Source of the DNA: an uncultured archaeon
GTDB taxonomy: Archaea > Aenigmatarchaeota > Aenigmatarchaeia > CAZXUR01
Direction: 5' to 3'
DNA length: 64,000 nucleotides
Assembly (NCBI GenBank): GCA_964644245.1
Contig: CAZXUR010000003.1
Location: 16,585-80,584, forward strand
Each line of letters starts with the position of its first letter. The stretch's first letter is position 1. Positions 10,279-19,843 of this stretch are shown one piece after another. The notes beneath the pieces were generated by a model, which saw only the letters and a program-made list of their open reading frames with translations, searched no databases and was not told the DNA's origin. Made by a program: the position numbers and the translations under genes.

Positions 10279-11961
10279 ATGCGTTTAAAGGCCTTGTTGC
10301 TGGTGCTCCTGCTGGTCCTTTTGTTGGTCCCATCTGCATCTGCCAGGTCGCTCACCTGGTGCCGCTCCATGGACATAGACTTGTCGGTTGAAGGAACACT
10401 AGAACTGACGTCAAACGGGAGGAACATAGGAGAGTCTTTGACTGCCAACCTGACCATGTTCCCCACCGAAGTGGAAATACTGACTGCTGACTACTTTCCA
10501 GACGGCTATCAGGTGGGAGAAGGATACGTGTTCTACACCTGGTCCAAACCAGGACTCGGCGACAAGGAATTCGGGTACGACATGCAGCTGAAAAACACCA
10601 ATCAGTTCGTGCCCCTCCGGGAGAAGTACCCGTTCCCCGTGGACTATTCCGGTCCCTACATACAGGAAAGCAAAACCGTGGAGATAAACGAGGAGACCAG
10701 GCGAATCGCGTCAGAGATATCATCAGGCAAAGACGACCTCTACCAGGTGGTGGTGGACACAGGAAAGTGGGTCAACGAGAACTTGGAGTATGATTTGACT
10801 TACGGCCAGACCGTGGAGAATACGTCCACCATATTGGAGACCAGGAAGGGAGTGTGCGACGAATTCTCAAACCTGTACATGTCACTCCTCCGTTCGGTGG
10901 GAGTACCCGCCAGGTATGTGGGCGGAATCGCCTACACCAACAGAGAACAGGAATTCTCTTCCCATGGCTGGATAGAAGTATTGTTCGGAGACCGCTGGAT
11001 ACCGTTCGACCCCACTTACAGCCAGCTGGGTCATCTGGACACAAGTCACGTAAAGCTCAAGGTATCTGACGACCCGTCCAGGGGCGCGGTCATGTATCAT
11101 CTCTTTGGAGACGGGTTTGGTCTGGAGGTCGGCCAGCTGACTTCCGAGGCAGAGTATACTTCGACATACGGCTCTGTAGACAAGGACGTAGACCTGGACC
11201 TGGACTTGGTTCAGGATAAAGTTGGAATCGGAAGTTACGTACTCGCGGAAGCCACGGTCAGGAACTTGAGGGACTATTACAATCCCACGGTGGTCTACCT
11301 CTCCAGGACACCGGAAGTGGTGGGAGAGAACATCAAACCAGTACTGCTGAAGCCAGAAGAAACTAGGAAGGTCTATTGGACCGTAAAGATACCAGACGAT
11401 TTGGACCCCAACTTCCTATACACCTACCGAATCCAGGCGTCCACGCTTGAGAACTGGAGTTCCACACGGGATATGGAGGTGAGCAGGACTCACACTACCT
11501 ATTCTTTGGACCAGATAGAAATTGAGGAATCGGGTTCTGACAAGAACTATAACAGAGAAGTGTCCTTCTGGTGTGAGACCGGGAATACCTACAAGCCTTT
11601 GCCCGCGGAAATAACCTGCCATCTGAAGAACGAGGGAAACGTGGTCCTGACCGAACTGGAGGTGTGTGTCGATGACATTTGCAAGACCGAAAGCCTGTTC
11701 ATAAACGAGGAAAGGGATGTAGAGTTCGAGTACACAGACTATCAAGTGGGGGAGAACCGGGTAGAAGTGACCGTGTCCAATCCGCAGATAAGCAGAAGTT
11801 CGGACCTGCTGTTCAATGTAAAAGAACCGACCATACTTGACAGAATAATGCGTGTCATTTCCATGCTTCTGTCCAGGCTCAGTTCCATCACCGGCTCGTT
11901 CGTCTCTGAAACAGATTTTGAGAACATAGAAGTGGACCTTCCTTCCAGGAGTTTTCAGTGA
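10279..11961 (+). CDS. secreted transglutaminase-like (cysteine protease) domain protein
   Basis: Signal peptide; GVCDEFS, HGWIEV, FDPT catalytic C-H-D motifs. Confidence 0.85.
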   Translation: MRLKALLLVLLLVLLLVPSASARSLTWCRSMDIDLSVEGTLELTSNGRNIGESLTANLTMFPTEVEILTADYFPDGYQVGEGYVFYTWSKPGLGDKEFGYDMQLKNTNQFVPLREKYPFPVDYSGPYIQESKTVEINEETRRIASEISSGKDDLYQVVVDTGKWVNENLEYDLTYGQTVENTSTILETRKGVCDEFSNLYMSLLRSVGVPARYVGGIAYTNREQEFSSHGWIEVLFGDRWIPFDPTYSQLGHLDTSHVKLKVSDDPSRGAVMYHLFGDGFGLEVGQLTSEAEYTSTYGSVDKDVDLDLDLVQDKVGIGSYVLAEATVRNLRDYYNPTVVYLSRTPEVVGENIKPVLLKPEETRKVYWTVKIPDDLDPNFLYTYRIQASTLENWSSTRDMEVSRTHTTYSLDQIEIEESGSDKNYNREVSFWCETGNTYKPLPAEITCHLKNEGNVVLTELEVCVDDICKTESLFINEERDVEFEYTDYQVGENRVEVTVSNPQISRSSDLLFNVKEPTILDRIMRVISMLLSRLSSITGSFVSETDFENIEVDLPSRSFQ

Positions 11962-11962
11962 T

Positions 11963-13420
11963 TCAGTAAGCTCTTGAGATGTACACGATTTCCTTCGCCT
12001 TCTTACCGCAGACTACGCACTTGTCCTTCTTCTTGGGTTTCTCCTTGTTGCCGAATAACTTGCCCCTGATTTCCGCGTTCAGTTCCTTCTCCACCTTCTC
12101 TGCGCACTTCTCTCCTTTCTTGTCTATAGAACAGAACGGCGCTTTGACGAAGCCTTTCTTGAGCAGTTTCTTTACGTCTTTGAAAATCTTTGCCTCGTTG
12201 GTCCCGTTGACCAGCTCGCTCTCTGCCCTCTTCTTCAGGTCCAAATATATGACGTTCAGGACGTCCTTGATGCGCTTCTCCAGGTCGTCCTCTTCTTCAA
12301 CCACTATTTTCTCTCCGGTGTCCCTTCTGACCAGGACCAGTTGCTCCTTCTTCACTTCCTTTGGCCCGATTTCTATCCTCAGTGGAACTCCCTTCAATTC
12401 CCAGTCGTTGAACTTGAATCCTGGCCTCCGGTTGCGGTCGTCGAGTTTGACGCGAAACTCGTCCTCCAATCTGCCTAAGACCTCACCGCACTTCTCCATC
12501 ACTTTTTTCTTCTGCTCCTTCTTCAGTATGGGCACGATGACTACTTGGACGGGAGCGACTTCTGGAGGGAGGAGCAGTCCTTTGTCATCTCCATGCACCG
12601 CTATTACGGCCCCCAGTATTCGTGAAACACCCGGACCAAAGCAGGTCTGGTACGCGAGTTTCTTGCCTCCCTTTTTGGTGGCGTACTTGATGTCAAAGAC
12701 CTTTGCGAATTTCTGTCCGAGGTTGTGGGTGGAAGATATTTGGAGGGATTTGTTGTCGGGCATGAGAACGTCGTAGGCGTAAGAGCTTTCAGCTCCCGGG
12801 AACTTATCCCACTCAGGTCGCTGGAAAAGGTAGAAAGCCAGTCCAAGTTTCTCCTCAAACACTTCCTTGGAAATCTCCATATCCTCCTTGACCTGTTTCA
12901 ATGCGGATTTCTTATCCCTCTGAACGGTGTGAGCCTCTGTCCAGAAGAACTCGCGACCGCGCAAAAGGGGCTTGGTCATCTTTGTCTCGTAGCGGTAGAC
13001 CTGGCAGGACTGATACCTCTTCAAAGGCAGGTCCTTGTGGGAGCGCACCCACAGGGAGTAGAGCGGGTAAATAGCAGTTTCGGAAGTAGGCCTCAGGCAC
13101 ATCTTCTCGTCAAGTTTGTTCTTTCCGCTGTGTGTGATCCAGAACACTTCTTCCTCGAATCCTTTGATATGTTCCTTCTCTTTCTTGAGGTTCTCCTCGG
13201 GTATTAGTACTGGGAATTGGACTGGCTGGTGGTCTTCCTCTTCCAGTTCTTCCTCCAGGGCCTCTGTTATCTCCCTTATCAGAAACATGCCCCAGGGCTT
13301 GTAGACTTCCATACCCTTTATCGAGTACCTCTGGTCGACTATCTCCCCTTTCTTCACCAGGTCCAGATACCACTTTCCGAACTTACTTTTCTTATGTTTG
13401 AGTCCCAACTTCTCTGACAT
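11963..13420 (-). CDS. proS: proline--tRNA ligase (archaeal/eukaryal type)
   Basis: LRPTSET, PLLRGREF, HNLGQKF, GDDKGLLLPP, C-terminal RAY. Confidence 0.96.
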   Translation of the reverse strand: MSEKLGLKHKKSKFGKWYLDLVKKGEIVDQRYSIKGMEVYKPWGMFLIREITEALEEELEEEDHQPVQFPVLIPEENLKKEKEHIKGFEEEVFWITHSGKNKLDEKMCLRPTSETAIYPLYSLWVRSHKDLPLKRYQSCQVYRYETKMTKPLLRGREFFWTEAHTVQRDKKSALKQVKEDMEISKEVFEEKLGLAFYLFQRPEWDKFPGAESSYAYDVLMPDNKSLQISSTHNLGQKFAKVFDIKYATKKGGKKLAYQTCFGPGVSRILGAVIAVHGDDKGLLLPPEVAPVQVVIVPILKKEQKKKVMEKCGEVLGRLEDEFRVKLDDRNRRPGFKFNDWELKGVPLRIEIGPKEVKKEQLVLVRRDTGEKIVVEEEDDLEKRIKDVLNVIYLDLKKRAESELVNGTNEAKIFKDVKKLLKKGFVKAPFCSIDKKGEKCAEKVEKELNAEIRGKLFGNKEKPKKKDKCVVCGKKAKEIVYISRAY

Positions 13421-13452
13421 AACAACACTTTGCGGACAATTATATAAAAAGA

Positions 13453-13554
13453 TGGGTCCGGTGAGATTTGAACTCACGTCTCAGACTCCCGAAGCCTGGA
13501 TCCTAGACCATTCTAGGCTGCTGTAGTGGCAGCAGCTAACTAGACTACGGACCC
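13453..13554 (-). tRNA. tRNA-Pro(CGG) with 27-nt D-loop intron (13511-13537, about position 17/17a)
   Basis: GGGTCCG/CGGACCC acceptor, CAGGC-TT-CGG-GA-GTCTG anticodon arm, GTTCAAATC T-loop; BHB with CTAG/CTAG helix and TTA/AAT bulges. Confidence 0.9.
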
Positions 13555-13593
13555 TCTCAGAAGAATACGCACAAAAAGTTAATAAGCGTTATA

Positions 13594-13706
13594 TGGGCCC
13601 ATCGAGATTTGAACTCGAGTCTAATGCTGTTCAGCGACTTCCCATTGTTGCCATCCGGGAAACCTCGTCCCTAAGCACTGATGCTACCAAGCTACACCAT
13701 GGGCCC
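13594..13706 (-). tRNA. tRNA-Pro(AGG) with 40-nt canonical 37/38 intron (13629-13668)
   Basis: GGGCCCA/TGGGCCC acceptor, AGTGC-TT-AGG-G^A-GCATT anticodon arm, BHB helix TTAG/CTGA; 73 nt after splicing. Confidence 0.85.
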
Positions 13707-13734
13707 TGTTAGAATTCTCATATGGCCTAAAGCT

Positions 13735-14118
13735 TTAAACGTTTCTCTCGCCGGAAACGATTTGTTCTTTGAACTCTTCCAGTCTTTCGATGGCTCTTTC
13801 CAGGGGAGTTCCTCTGATTCTTTCGGTGAACCCGGAGTAGTAGCCCTTCTCTGCCTTCTTTTCTATGTACCTGAAAGTCTTGAGAAAGGATATCACCGCC
13901 TTGAGCTGGACAACCCTTGCCTTGTCCTCTGTTTTGGAGTCTTCCGCGTTTATTTCGTCACGGCAGGCACCGATTATTGAATTTGCGTTAATGCCGTCCA
14001 TGTATTTGCAGCCGCCCGGACCCCAGGTCATCTTGTCTGCCCCTACCGGACAGACCCATTCCATTTTCTTTGTCTCGGTCTTCTTCTCTTTCCGGTCGCT
14101 CATCTTCCTTCCAAACAT
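13735..14118 (-). CDS. hypothetical protein
   Basis: 127-aa ORF with K/E-rich genome-typical composition. Confidence 0.6.
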   Translation of the reverse strand: MFGRKMSDRKEKKTETKKMEWVCPVGADKMTWGPGGCKYMDGINANSIIGACRDEINAEDSKTEDKARVVQLKAVISFLKTFRYIEKKAEKGYYSGFTERIRGTPLERAIERLEEFKEQIVSGERNV

Positions 14119-14150
14119 GATTTAAATTGTATCCGTCTGTATATATTGTT

Positions 14151-14915
14151 ATGGAAATCCCGGCTTACGAGGTCATCGGCTCCAGGGAAAAGGCCGTGGC
14201 CATAGTGGAGATACCCGAGGAAAGGGAGAAAGAGGAGAAGAAGATAGCTGAGTCCATCGCTTCCCGCCACAAGAACGTGAAAACCGTCTTAAAGAAGGAA
14301 AGCGAGAGAAAGGGTGTTTTTAGGAAGAGGAAGTATAAGAAGCTCTTTGGAAGGTCTTCAGAGGTAAAGCACAAAGAATTTGGCGTTAAATACGAACTGG
14401 ACCCCAGAAAGGTCTACTTTTCTCCCAGAGACGGTGCCGAAAGGAACCGTATACTCAAATTCATCCAGCCGGGAAACGTGGTCATGGTGTTCTTTGCCGG
14501 GGTGGGTCCTTATCCCATCATGATTTCAAAGAAGACTGAGGCGTCGAGAGTGACGGGCATAGAGAAGAATCCTCAGGCGGTGAAGTACTTCAAGCGGAAT
14601 GTGAAGTTGAACAAAGTCGACGTGGAAGTGGTCTACGGAGACGTAAAAAAGAAGGCCAGGCCTTACTATAATTCTTGCGACCACGTTTTCATGCCCATGC
14701 TGGAGAACTGTAAGAAGTACCTGACAGATGCAAAGAAGTGCCTAACCAAAGGAGGTCTTATCCATTTCTATTGCGTGGTGGAAAACGGGGACTATGATTA
14801 TTGGATAAAGAGGATAGAAAAGAAGTTGGGTAAGATTAAAGTGGTGGACAAACAGAAGGTGCACGCCTACGCCCCGGGCAAGGAAAAGTCGAGGATAAGT
14901 TTCCGGGTGTGTTAG
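14151..14915 (+). CDS. Trm5/Taw2-family SAM-dependent tRNA methyltransferase
   Basis: HKEFG, KVYFSPR, FAGVGPY, EKNPQA; directly upstream of taw1. Confidence 0.85.
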   Translation: MEIPAYEVIGSREKAVAIVEIPEEREKEEKKIAESIASRHKNVKTVLKKESERKGVFRKRKYKKLFGRSSEVKHKEFGVKYELDPRKVYFSPRDGAERNRILKFIQPGNVVMVFFAGVGPYPIMISKKTEASRVTGIEKNPQAVKYFKRNVKLNKVDVEVVYGDVKKKARPYYNSCDHVFMPMLENCKKYLTDAKKCLTKGGLIHFYCVVENGDYDYWIKRIEKKLGKIKVVDKQKVHAYAPGKEKSRISFRVC

Positions 14916-15800
14916 ATGGACAAGAGTCGCTATGAGAAGTCGGGTTACCGGTTCGTTGGTAACCACTCGGCGGTCAAGGTCTGTCTGTGGACCAAGAAAA
15001 GTCTCAGAAACAAAGGCTATTGCTACAAACAGAAGTTCTATGGAATTTCAACACATCGCTGCCTGCAGATGACACCTGCTTTCCCCTTCTGCACCCAGAG
15101 GTGCAGATTCTGTTGGAGAAACACGAAGAACACCATACCCGAGTGGAAGGGACCGGTGGACGAACCTGCGGACATACTGGACGGGTGCATAGAGAAGCAG
15201 CGCGAGCTGTTGTCAGGGTTCCTGGAGAACAAGACAGAGAAGGTCATGGAAGCCCTGGAGCCGAACCAGGTGGCTATTTCTCTTGCAGGCGAACCGACCA
15301 TGTATCCCAAGATTTCCGAGCTGGTGGAAGAAGTACTGAACCGGAAGATGACCGCCTTCCTGGTCTCCAACGGGACTTTCCCCGGAGTCATCAAAGACTT
15401 GGTTGAGCCTACTAACTTGTACATAACACTGGCAGCACCCAACAAGAAAGTTTACCAACAGACATGCCAACCGCTGTTGAAGGACGGGTGGGAGAGGTTG
15501 CAGCAGTCCTTATCTCTCCTCAAGAACTTCGACTGCAACACGGTAGTACGCCTTACACTGGTCAAGGACCTGAACATGGTGAAACCGGAGGAATACGCAG
15601 AGATACTCGAGAAGGCTGCTCCGGACTTCGTGGAGCCCAAGGCTTTCATGTCCGTGGGCTTCTCCAGGGAGCGATTGCCTTACTCAAGGATGCCCAGGCA
15701 CAAAGAGATAAGGGAGTTCGCGGAGAGAATCGCAGACGCGTCTTCCTACGAAGTTGCTGACGAGAAGAGGGAGTCACGGGTAGTCCTGCTGAAAAGGTAA
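14916..15800 (+). CDS. taw1: 4-demethylwyosine synthase Taw1/TYW1 (radical SAM)
   Basis: HSAVKVCLW, CYKQKFYGI, CTQRCRFCWR, AISLAGEP. Confidence 0.95.
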   Translation: MDKSRYEKSGYRFVGNHSAVKVCLWTKKSLRNKGYCYKQKFYGISTHRCLQMTPAFPFCTQRCRFCWRNTKNTIPEWKGPVDEPADILDGCIEKQRELLSGFLENKTEKVMEALEPNQVAISLAGEPTMYPKISELVEEVLNRKMTAFLVSNGTFPGVIKDLVEPTNLYITLAAPNKKVYQQTCQPLLKDGWERLQQSLSLLKNFDCNTVVRLTLVKDLNMVKPEEYAEILEKAAPDFVEPKAFMSVGFSRERLPYSRMPRHKEIREFAERIADASSYEVADEKRESRVVLLKR

Positions 15801-15830
15801 CCTTTTAAACTTTCAGAAATCACCCTTTTT

Positions 15831-16337
15831 ATGGACGTGTTCACGGTCGGGCGTTTCCAGCCCTATAATCGCTCACACAAGGACGTCTTTGAGAAGATGA
15901 GCGAATTTGGAGAATCGGCAGTGGGAATGCTGGTCGGTCCCACTTCTTACGACAACCCCTTCAGGTACGATGAGAGAAGAGAAATGGTGGGGAAGGATGT
16001 GGGCGAGGTTTTTCCACTGGAATTGACTCTCAACTTGTTTGACTTTAGAAAACAGGTCATGTCAAGAGTTGGTGAATCTCGTTTCTACACCCGGGACAAG
16101 GATTCAAAGATTCTTTTTGAGGCATTTGGCTTTCCTGTATCTTATGAGAGCAGGGACGGTATTTCGAGCTCGGATGTGAGGGAGAGTCTATTCTCTGAAG
16201 AACCGGATTGGCAAGACATGGTGGATGAGAAAACGGTTGAAGTAATAAACAGGCCTGATGTCCAAACAAGGCTTGAAAGCTTGGAAAAAGGGAGAACTCC
16301 TATCAGTAAAGTCAGGAAGTATATTAGTCTTGTATGA
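15831..16337 (+). CDS. divergent NMN adenylyltransferase-like nucleotidyltransferase
   Basis: VGRFQP, DNPF..ER..M, ISSSDVR; HxGH motif degenerate (NRSH). Confidence 0.7.
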   Translation: MDVFTVGRFQPYNRSHKDVFEKMSEFGESAVGMLVGPTSYDNPFRYDERREMVGKDVGEVFPLELTLNLFDFRKQVMSRVGESRFYTRDKDSKILFEAFGFPVSYESRDGISSSDVRESLFSEEPDWQDMVDEKTVEVINRPDVQTRLESLEKGRTPISKVRKYISLV

Positions 16338-16833
16338 CCTTTTTCCCGTTTTTCTGCGGGACGATGCGTACTTTTCCCTTGAACTCCTTGTCCAGTTCCT
16401 TTCCCTTGAAGCAGCGGTCCAGGAAGATTGCGAGGGCAGCCACTTCTGAATGCGGCTGGGTGGTGACAGAAATATTGTGGTCTGCGAGTTCGTAAACTTC
16501 CGGAGGCACTTTCTCCCCTCCTATTACAACCAACAGGTTTTTTTCCTTCCTGATTTTCGTGATGTTCTTTTCTACAGGAAGACCGTACACGGTTAAATGA
16601 ACTTTCAGCCCTTCGAAGTTTTTCAGGACCTTTCTCCACTTCTTTTCATGTTTTACTTCAAAGTCCCCGCCGAACCTTTCCACCACGTCTCTGACACTGT
16701 CCTCAAAACCCTGGTCCCTTTCCCCTGAGTAGAGCATCGCATCAGCTCCGAACGCTCTTGCGACCAAAGCGCAGTGGGTAGTGGTCCTGGCGTCCCTTCC
16801 GGTTCTGTGGCCCAACCTCAATACGGTTATCAT
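16324..16833 (-). CDS. trm56: tRNA (cytidine56-2'-O) methyltransferase
   Basis: LRLGHR..RD.RTTTH, HLTVYG, GGEKVP, QPHSEVAAL. Confidence 0.95.
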   Translation of the reverse strand: MITVLRLGHRTGRDARTTTHCALVARAFGADAMLYSGERDQGFEDSVRDVVERFGGDFEVKHEKKWRKVLKNFEGLKVHLTVYGLPVEKNITKIRKEKNLLVVIGGEKVPPEVYELADHNISVTTQPHSEVAALAIFLDRCFKGKELDKEFKGKVRIVPQKNGKKVIQD

Positions 16834-16865
16834 GACTAAGAATAAACAAAAGGATTTATAAAGGA

Positions 16866-17297
16866 CTACAGCAGCTTGGCTGCCACTATGCCGCCCAGCA
16901 GGTATATGACCAGGTTCTCCATGGTCCAGACCGCAATCAACATCACCGGTAATCTGATTAGCAGATAAGTCGAAAGCGCTCCTGGTATGCCCGCCAAGAG
17001 GAAGACAAAAAACCCGTAGTGTATCCCTCTCTTGACGTCTGTCTCCCCGTGTATGGCCGGTTTGACGTGGCTGTAGACGACCATGAACAAAAGGCCTGTC
17101 ACGAAGCTAAAGGCGATAGAGTGATAGTAGAAGTCAGCACCGGGTGCGCCTCCTTCAGGCATCATCACATCACTCCAGACATGCATGTAAGCCGGGTCAG
17201 CGTAGTAGTCCATGGTCGCGAACGTGCCTGCGGAGTGCACGACAATCGCGATTATCAAAAAGGCTGCAGCAGCCATTGTCTCCTTTTTCCAATCCAT
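16866..17297 (-). CDS. membrane protein (about 4 TM)
   Basis: Four hydrophobic segments; AGGAGG SD upstream. Confidence 0.75.
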   Translation of the reverse strand: MDWKKETMAAAAFLIIAIVVHSAGTFATMDYYADPAYMHVWSDVMMPEGGAPGADFYYHSIAFSFVTGLLFMVVYSHVKPAIHGETDVKRGIHYGFFVFLLAGIPGALSTYLLIRLPVMLIAVWTMENLVIYLLGGIVAAKLL

Positions 17298-17309
17298 GTT
17301 TGCCTCCTA

Positions 17310-17441
17310 TAGCCCCGAACGGATTCGAACCGTTGTCAATGGGTATCTCTCATCCGGGCAAAGCCCTCGAAGTTTCAGTCAGATGACCAAAACCCACCAT
17401 CTTATCAGTCGCGAGACTCTTGACCTCTAGACTACGGGGCT
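17310..17441 (-). tRNA. tRNA-Gln(TTG) with two introns: 17 nt at 22/23 (17402-17418) and 42 nt at 37/38 (17345-17386)
   Basis: AGCCCCG/CGGGGCT acceptor, GTGGG-TT-TTG-G^A-CCCAT arm; both introns form BHBs; 73 nt after splicing. Confidence 0.9.
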
Positions 17442-17477
17442 GTTAGAATTAATTTATCAACGAACTTTAATAGGTTT

Positions 17478-17879
17478 CTACTCGCCTTTTACCTCTTTCA
17501 GCACGCCTTGGAAGTCCTCTTCCTCGTAGTCGCTCTTGGGGAACGCGCTGAGGCCGTCACCTTCGTTCCTGGGTATCACGTGGAAATGTAAGTGGGACAC
17601 GACTTGGCCGGCTGGTGTTCCGGACGCGTTGAGTACGTTAACACCATCCGCGTTGAGACCTTCCTTGAGCATCGCCACGACTTTCTTGATGGTCGAAGCG
17701 ACTGCCTTGAGTTCGTCCTCCGGTGTGTCAAAGACGTTCTCGTGATGTTCCTTTGGTATAACCAGGGCATGGCCTCTGGCAACCGGACTGTTGTCCAGGA
17801 ACGCGACCGTCTTCTCGTCTTCAAAGACTTTGTGGCTCTCTGCGTCTCCTTTAGCGATTTTACAAAAGATACAATCCAT
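17478..17879 (-). CDS. HIT family hydrolase
   Basis: CIFCKI, GHALVIPK, AGQVVSHLHFHVIPR. Confidence 0.95.
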   Translation of the reverse strand: MDCIFCKIAKGDAESHKVFEDEKTVAFLDNSPVARGHALVIPKEHHENVFDTPEDELKAVASTIKKVVAMLKEGLNADGVNVLNASGTPAGQVVSHLHFHVIPRNEGDGLSAFPKSDYEEEDFQGVLKEVKGE

Positions 17880-17929
17880 ACCAATATTAATCAACAACTC
17901 TTTTATATTCTTCGTCTCAAATTAGTGTT

Positions 17930-19813
17930 ATGGAACTATTACTCATCCACGCGGACTTTCTGGAGTTTGAGACCAAGAAAAAGGCTTTGAAGTCTGCAAA
18001 GAAAGTAAAAAAGAAGAAGGCCAGGATAGACGAGTGTCTGGTGGCCTTCACCGCGGTTGAGAAAAGGGACGAAGACGTCAAGAAGGACATCATCAAAAAA
18101 GCGGTCCAGGAAATCACTCATGTGGCAAAGGAAGTGAGTGCCGATCGAGTCGTGTTGTATCCTTACGTGCACCTGACAAACGACCCGGCCAGTCCTTCGT
18201 CGGCTGAGGAAGTTTTGGACGATGTGGCAACAGAACTCAAATTCGACGTGGAGAGAGTCCCTTTCGGCTATTACAAGGCCTTCACAGTCAAGTGCAAAGG
18301 CCACCCCCTGGCTGAACTATCAAGGACGATTACATCTGATAAGGAAAAGAAGAAGGAAGAGGGAGGAGAGAAGGCGGTCAAGGCAGAGAAGAAGTTGAAG
18401 TCTGACTGGTATGTCCTAGACACGAAAGGCAAGCTACATAAACTTAAGATGAAGTCTGGCAAGCTGTCCGGTTTCAATTTCAAGAAGTATCCCAATCTAG
18501 AGAAATTTGCAAAGTATGAAATGGCAAAGGTCAGGACCGCGAAGAAGGAGCCGCCTCATGTGGAACTCATGAGGAAACTGGAAATAGCTGATTACGAATC
18601 CGGTTCTGACCCCGGACATCTAAGGTTCTACCCGAAGGGTACATTCATCAAGAAACAGATAGAGGGATGGACTACAAATAACCTGCTGGACTACGGTGCT
18701 TTGCAGATAGAATCGCCGTTGATGTACGACTTCGAGCATCCCTCACTGAAGAAATATCTGGAAAGGTTTCCGGCCAGACAGTACGTCATAGGGACGCCCA
18801 ACAAGCGCGTCTTCCTTAGATTCGCTGCATGCTTCGGTCAGTTTCTTATGGCACATGACGCTGTCATCTCGTACAAGCATCTACCAGTCCGGATGTACGA
18901 ACTTGCCGAGTCCTTTAGGGTGGAGAAGAGAGGCGAGTTGACAGGCTTGAGGAGAACCCGCGCCTTCACAATGCCTGACTGTCACGCTCTCTGTGAAGAC
19001 AGGGAACAGGCGAAGAAGGAGATGTTGACACGTTTTGACCTGGCGAAGAAAGTCCAGAAGGGCTTTGGTTTTGATGTTCCGGGAGACTTCGAACTTGGAC
19101 TGAGACTGGTGAAGGATTTCTACGAAAAGAACAAGGACTATGTAAAGAAACTTGTCAAGAAATGGAAGAAGCCTGTTTTGGTAGAGATGTGGGACAAACA
19201 GTTCTTCTATTTCGTGCTCAAGTACGAGTTCAACTTCGTTGACGCACTGGACAAGGCCTCTGCTCTTGCCACTGACCAGATAGACGTGGAGAACGGAGAG
19301 AGGTATGATTTGAACTACATAGACAAGAACGGAAAGAAGAAGCATCCGATTATATTGCACCTTTCGGCGAGCGGAGGCATCGGCAGAGTGATGTACGCTC
19401 TGCTGGAGAAAGCGGCATTGGAACAGAAAGAAGACAAGAATCCGGTGTTTCCTCTCTGGCTGTCGCCCACGCAAGTTCGTTTGTGTCCGATTACTTCGAA
19501 GGACATGAAGACTGCTGAGAAAATAGCAGACGAATTGGAGAAGGAAAAAATCCGTGTGGACATAGACGACACAAATGAGTCGACCTCGAAAAAAGTCAGG
19601 AACGCGGAGATGGAGTGGGTCCCCATGATAATCGTCATAGGCAAGAAGGAGAAGAAGGGGAAACTGCCGGTGAGGTTCAGAGAGACCGGCAAGGTCAAGA
19701 AGATGACCAGAAAGCAGTTAATCAAACGCGTCAAAAAAGAGACAGAGGGAAAACCGTTCAGGCCTCTTCCCCTGCCAAAGATGGTCTCTAAGAGGCCGAC
19801 TTTTGTCGGTTAA
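17930..19813 (+). CDS. thrS: threonine--tRNA ligase (archaeal editing domain)
   Basis: LLIHAD, YPYVHL, CKGHPLAELS, FAACFG, FTMPDCH. Confidence 0.96.
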   Translation: MELLLIHADFLEFETKKKALKSAKKVKKKKARIDECLVAFTAVEKRDEDVKKDIIKKAVQEITHVAKEVSADRVVLYPYVHLTNDPASPSSAEEVLDDVATELKFDVERVPFGYYKAFTVKCKGHPLAELSRTITSDKEKKKEEGGEKAVKAEKKLKSDWYVLDTKGKLHKLKMKSGKLSGFNFKKYPNLEKFAKYEMAKVRTAKKEPPHVELMRKLEIADYESGSDPGHLRFYPKGTFIKKQIEGWTTNNLLDYGALQIESPLMYDFEHPSLKKYLERFPARQYVIGTPNKRVFLRFAACFGQFLMAHDAVISYKHLPVRMYELAESFRVEKRGELTGLRRTRAFTMPDCHALCEDREQAKKEMLTRFDLAKKVQKGFGFDVPGDFELGLRLVKDFYEKNKDYVKKLVKKWKKPVLVEMWDKQFFYFVLKYEFNFVDALDKASALATDQIDVENGERYDLNYIDKNGKKKHPIILHLSASGGIGRVMYALLEKAALEQKEDKNPVFPLWLSPTQVRLCPITSKDMKTAEKIADELEKEKIRVDIDDTNESTSKKVRNAEMEWVPMIIVIGKKEKKGKLPVRFRETGKVKKMTRKQLIKRVKKETEGKPFRPLPLPKMVSKRPTFVG

Positions 19814-19843
19814 CTTTATATCCGAGTTCTTCTGAAGTAATTC

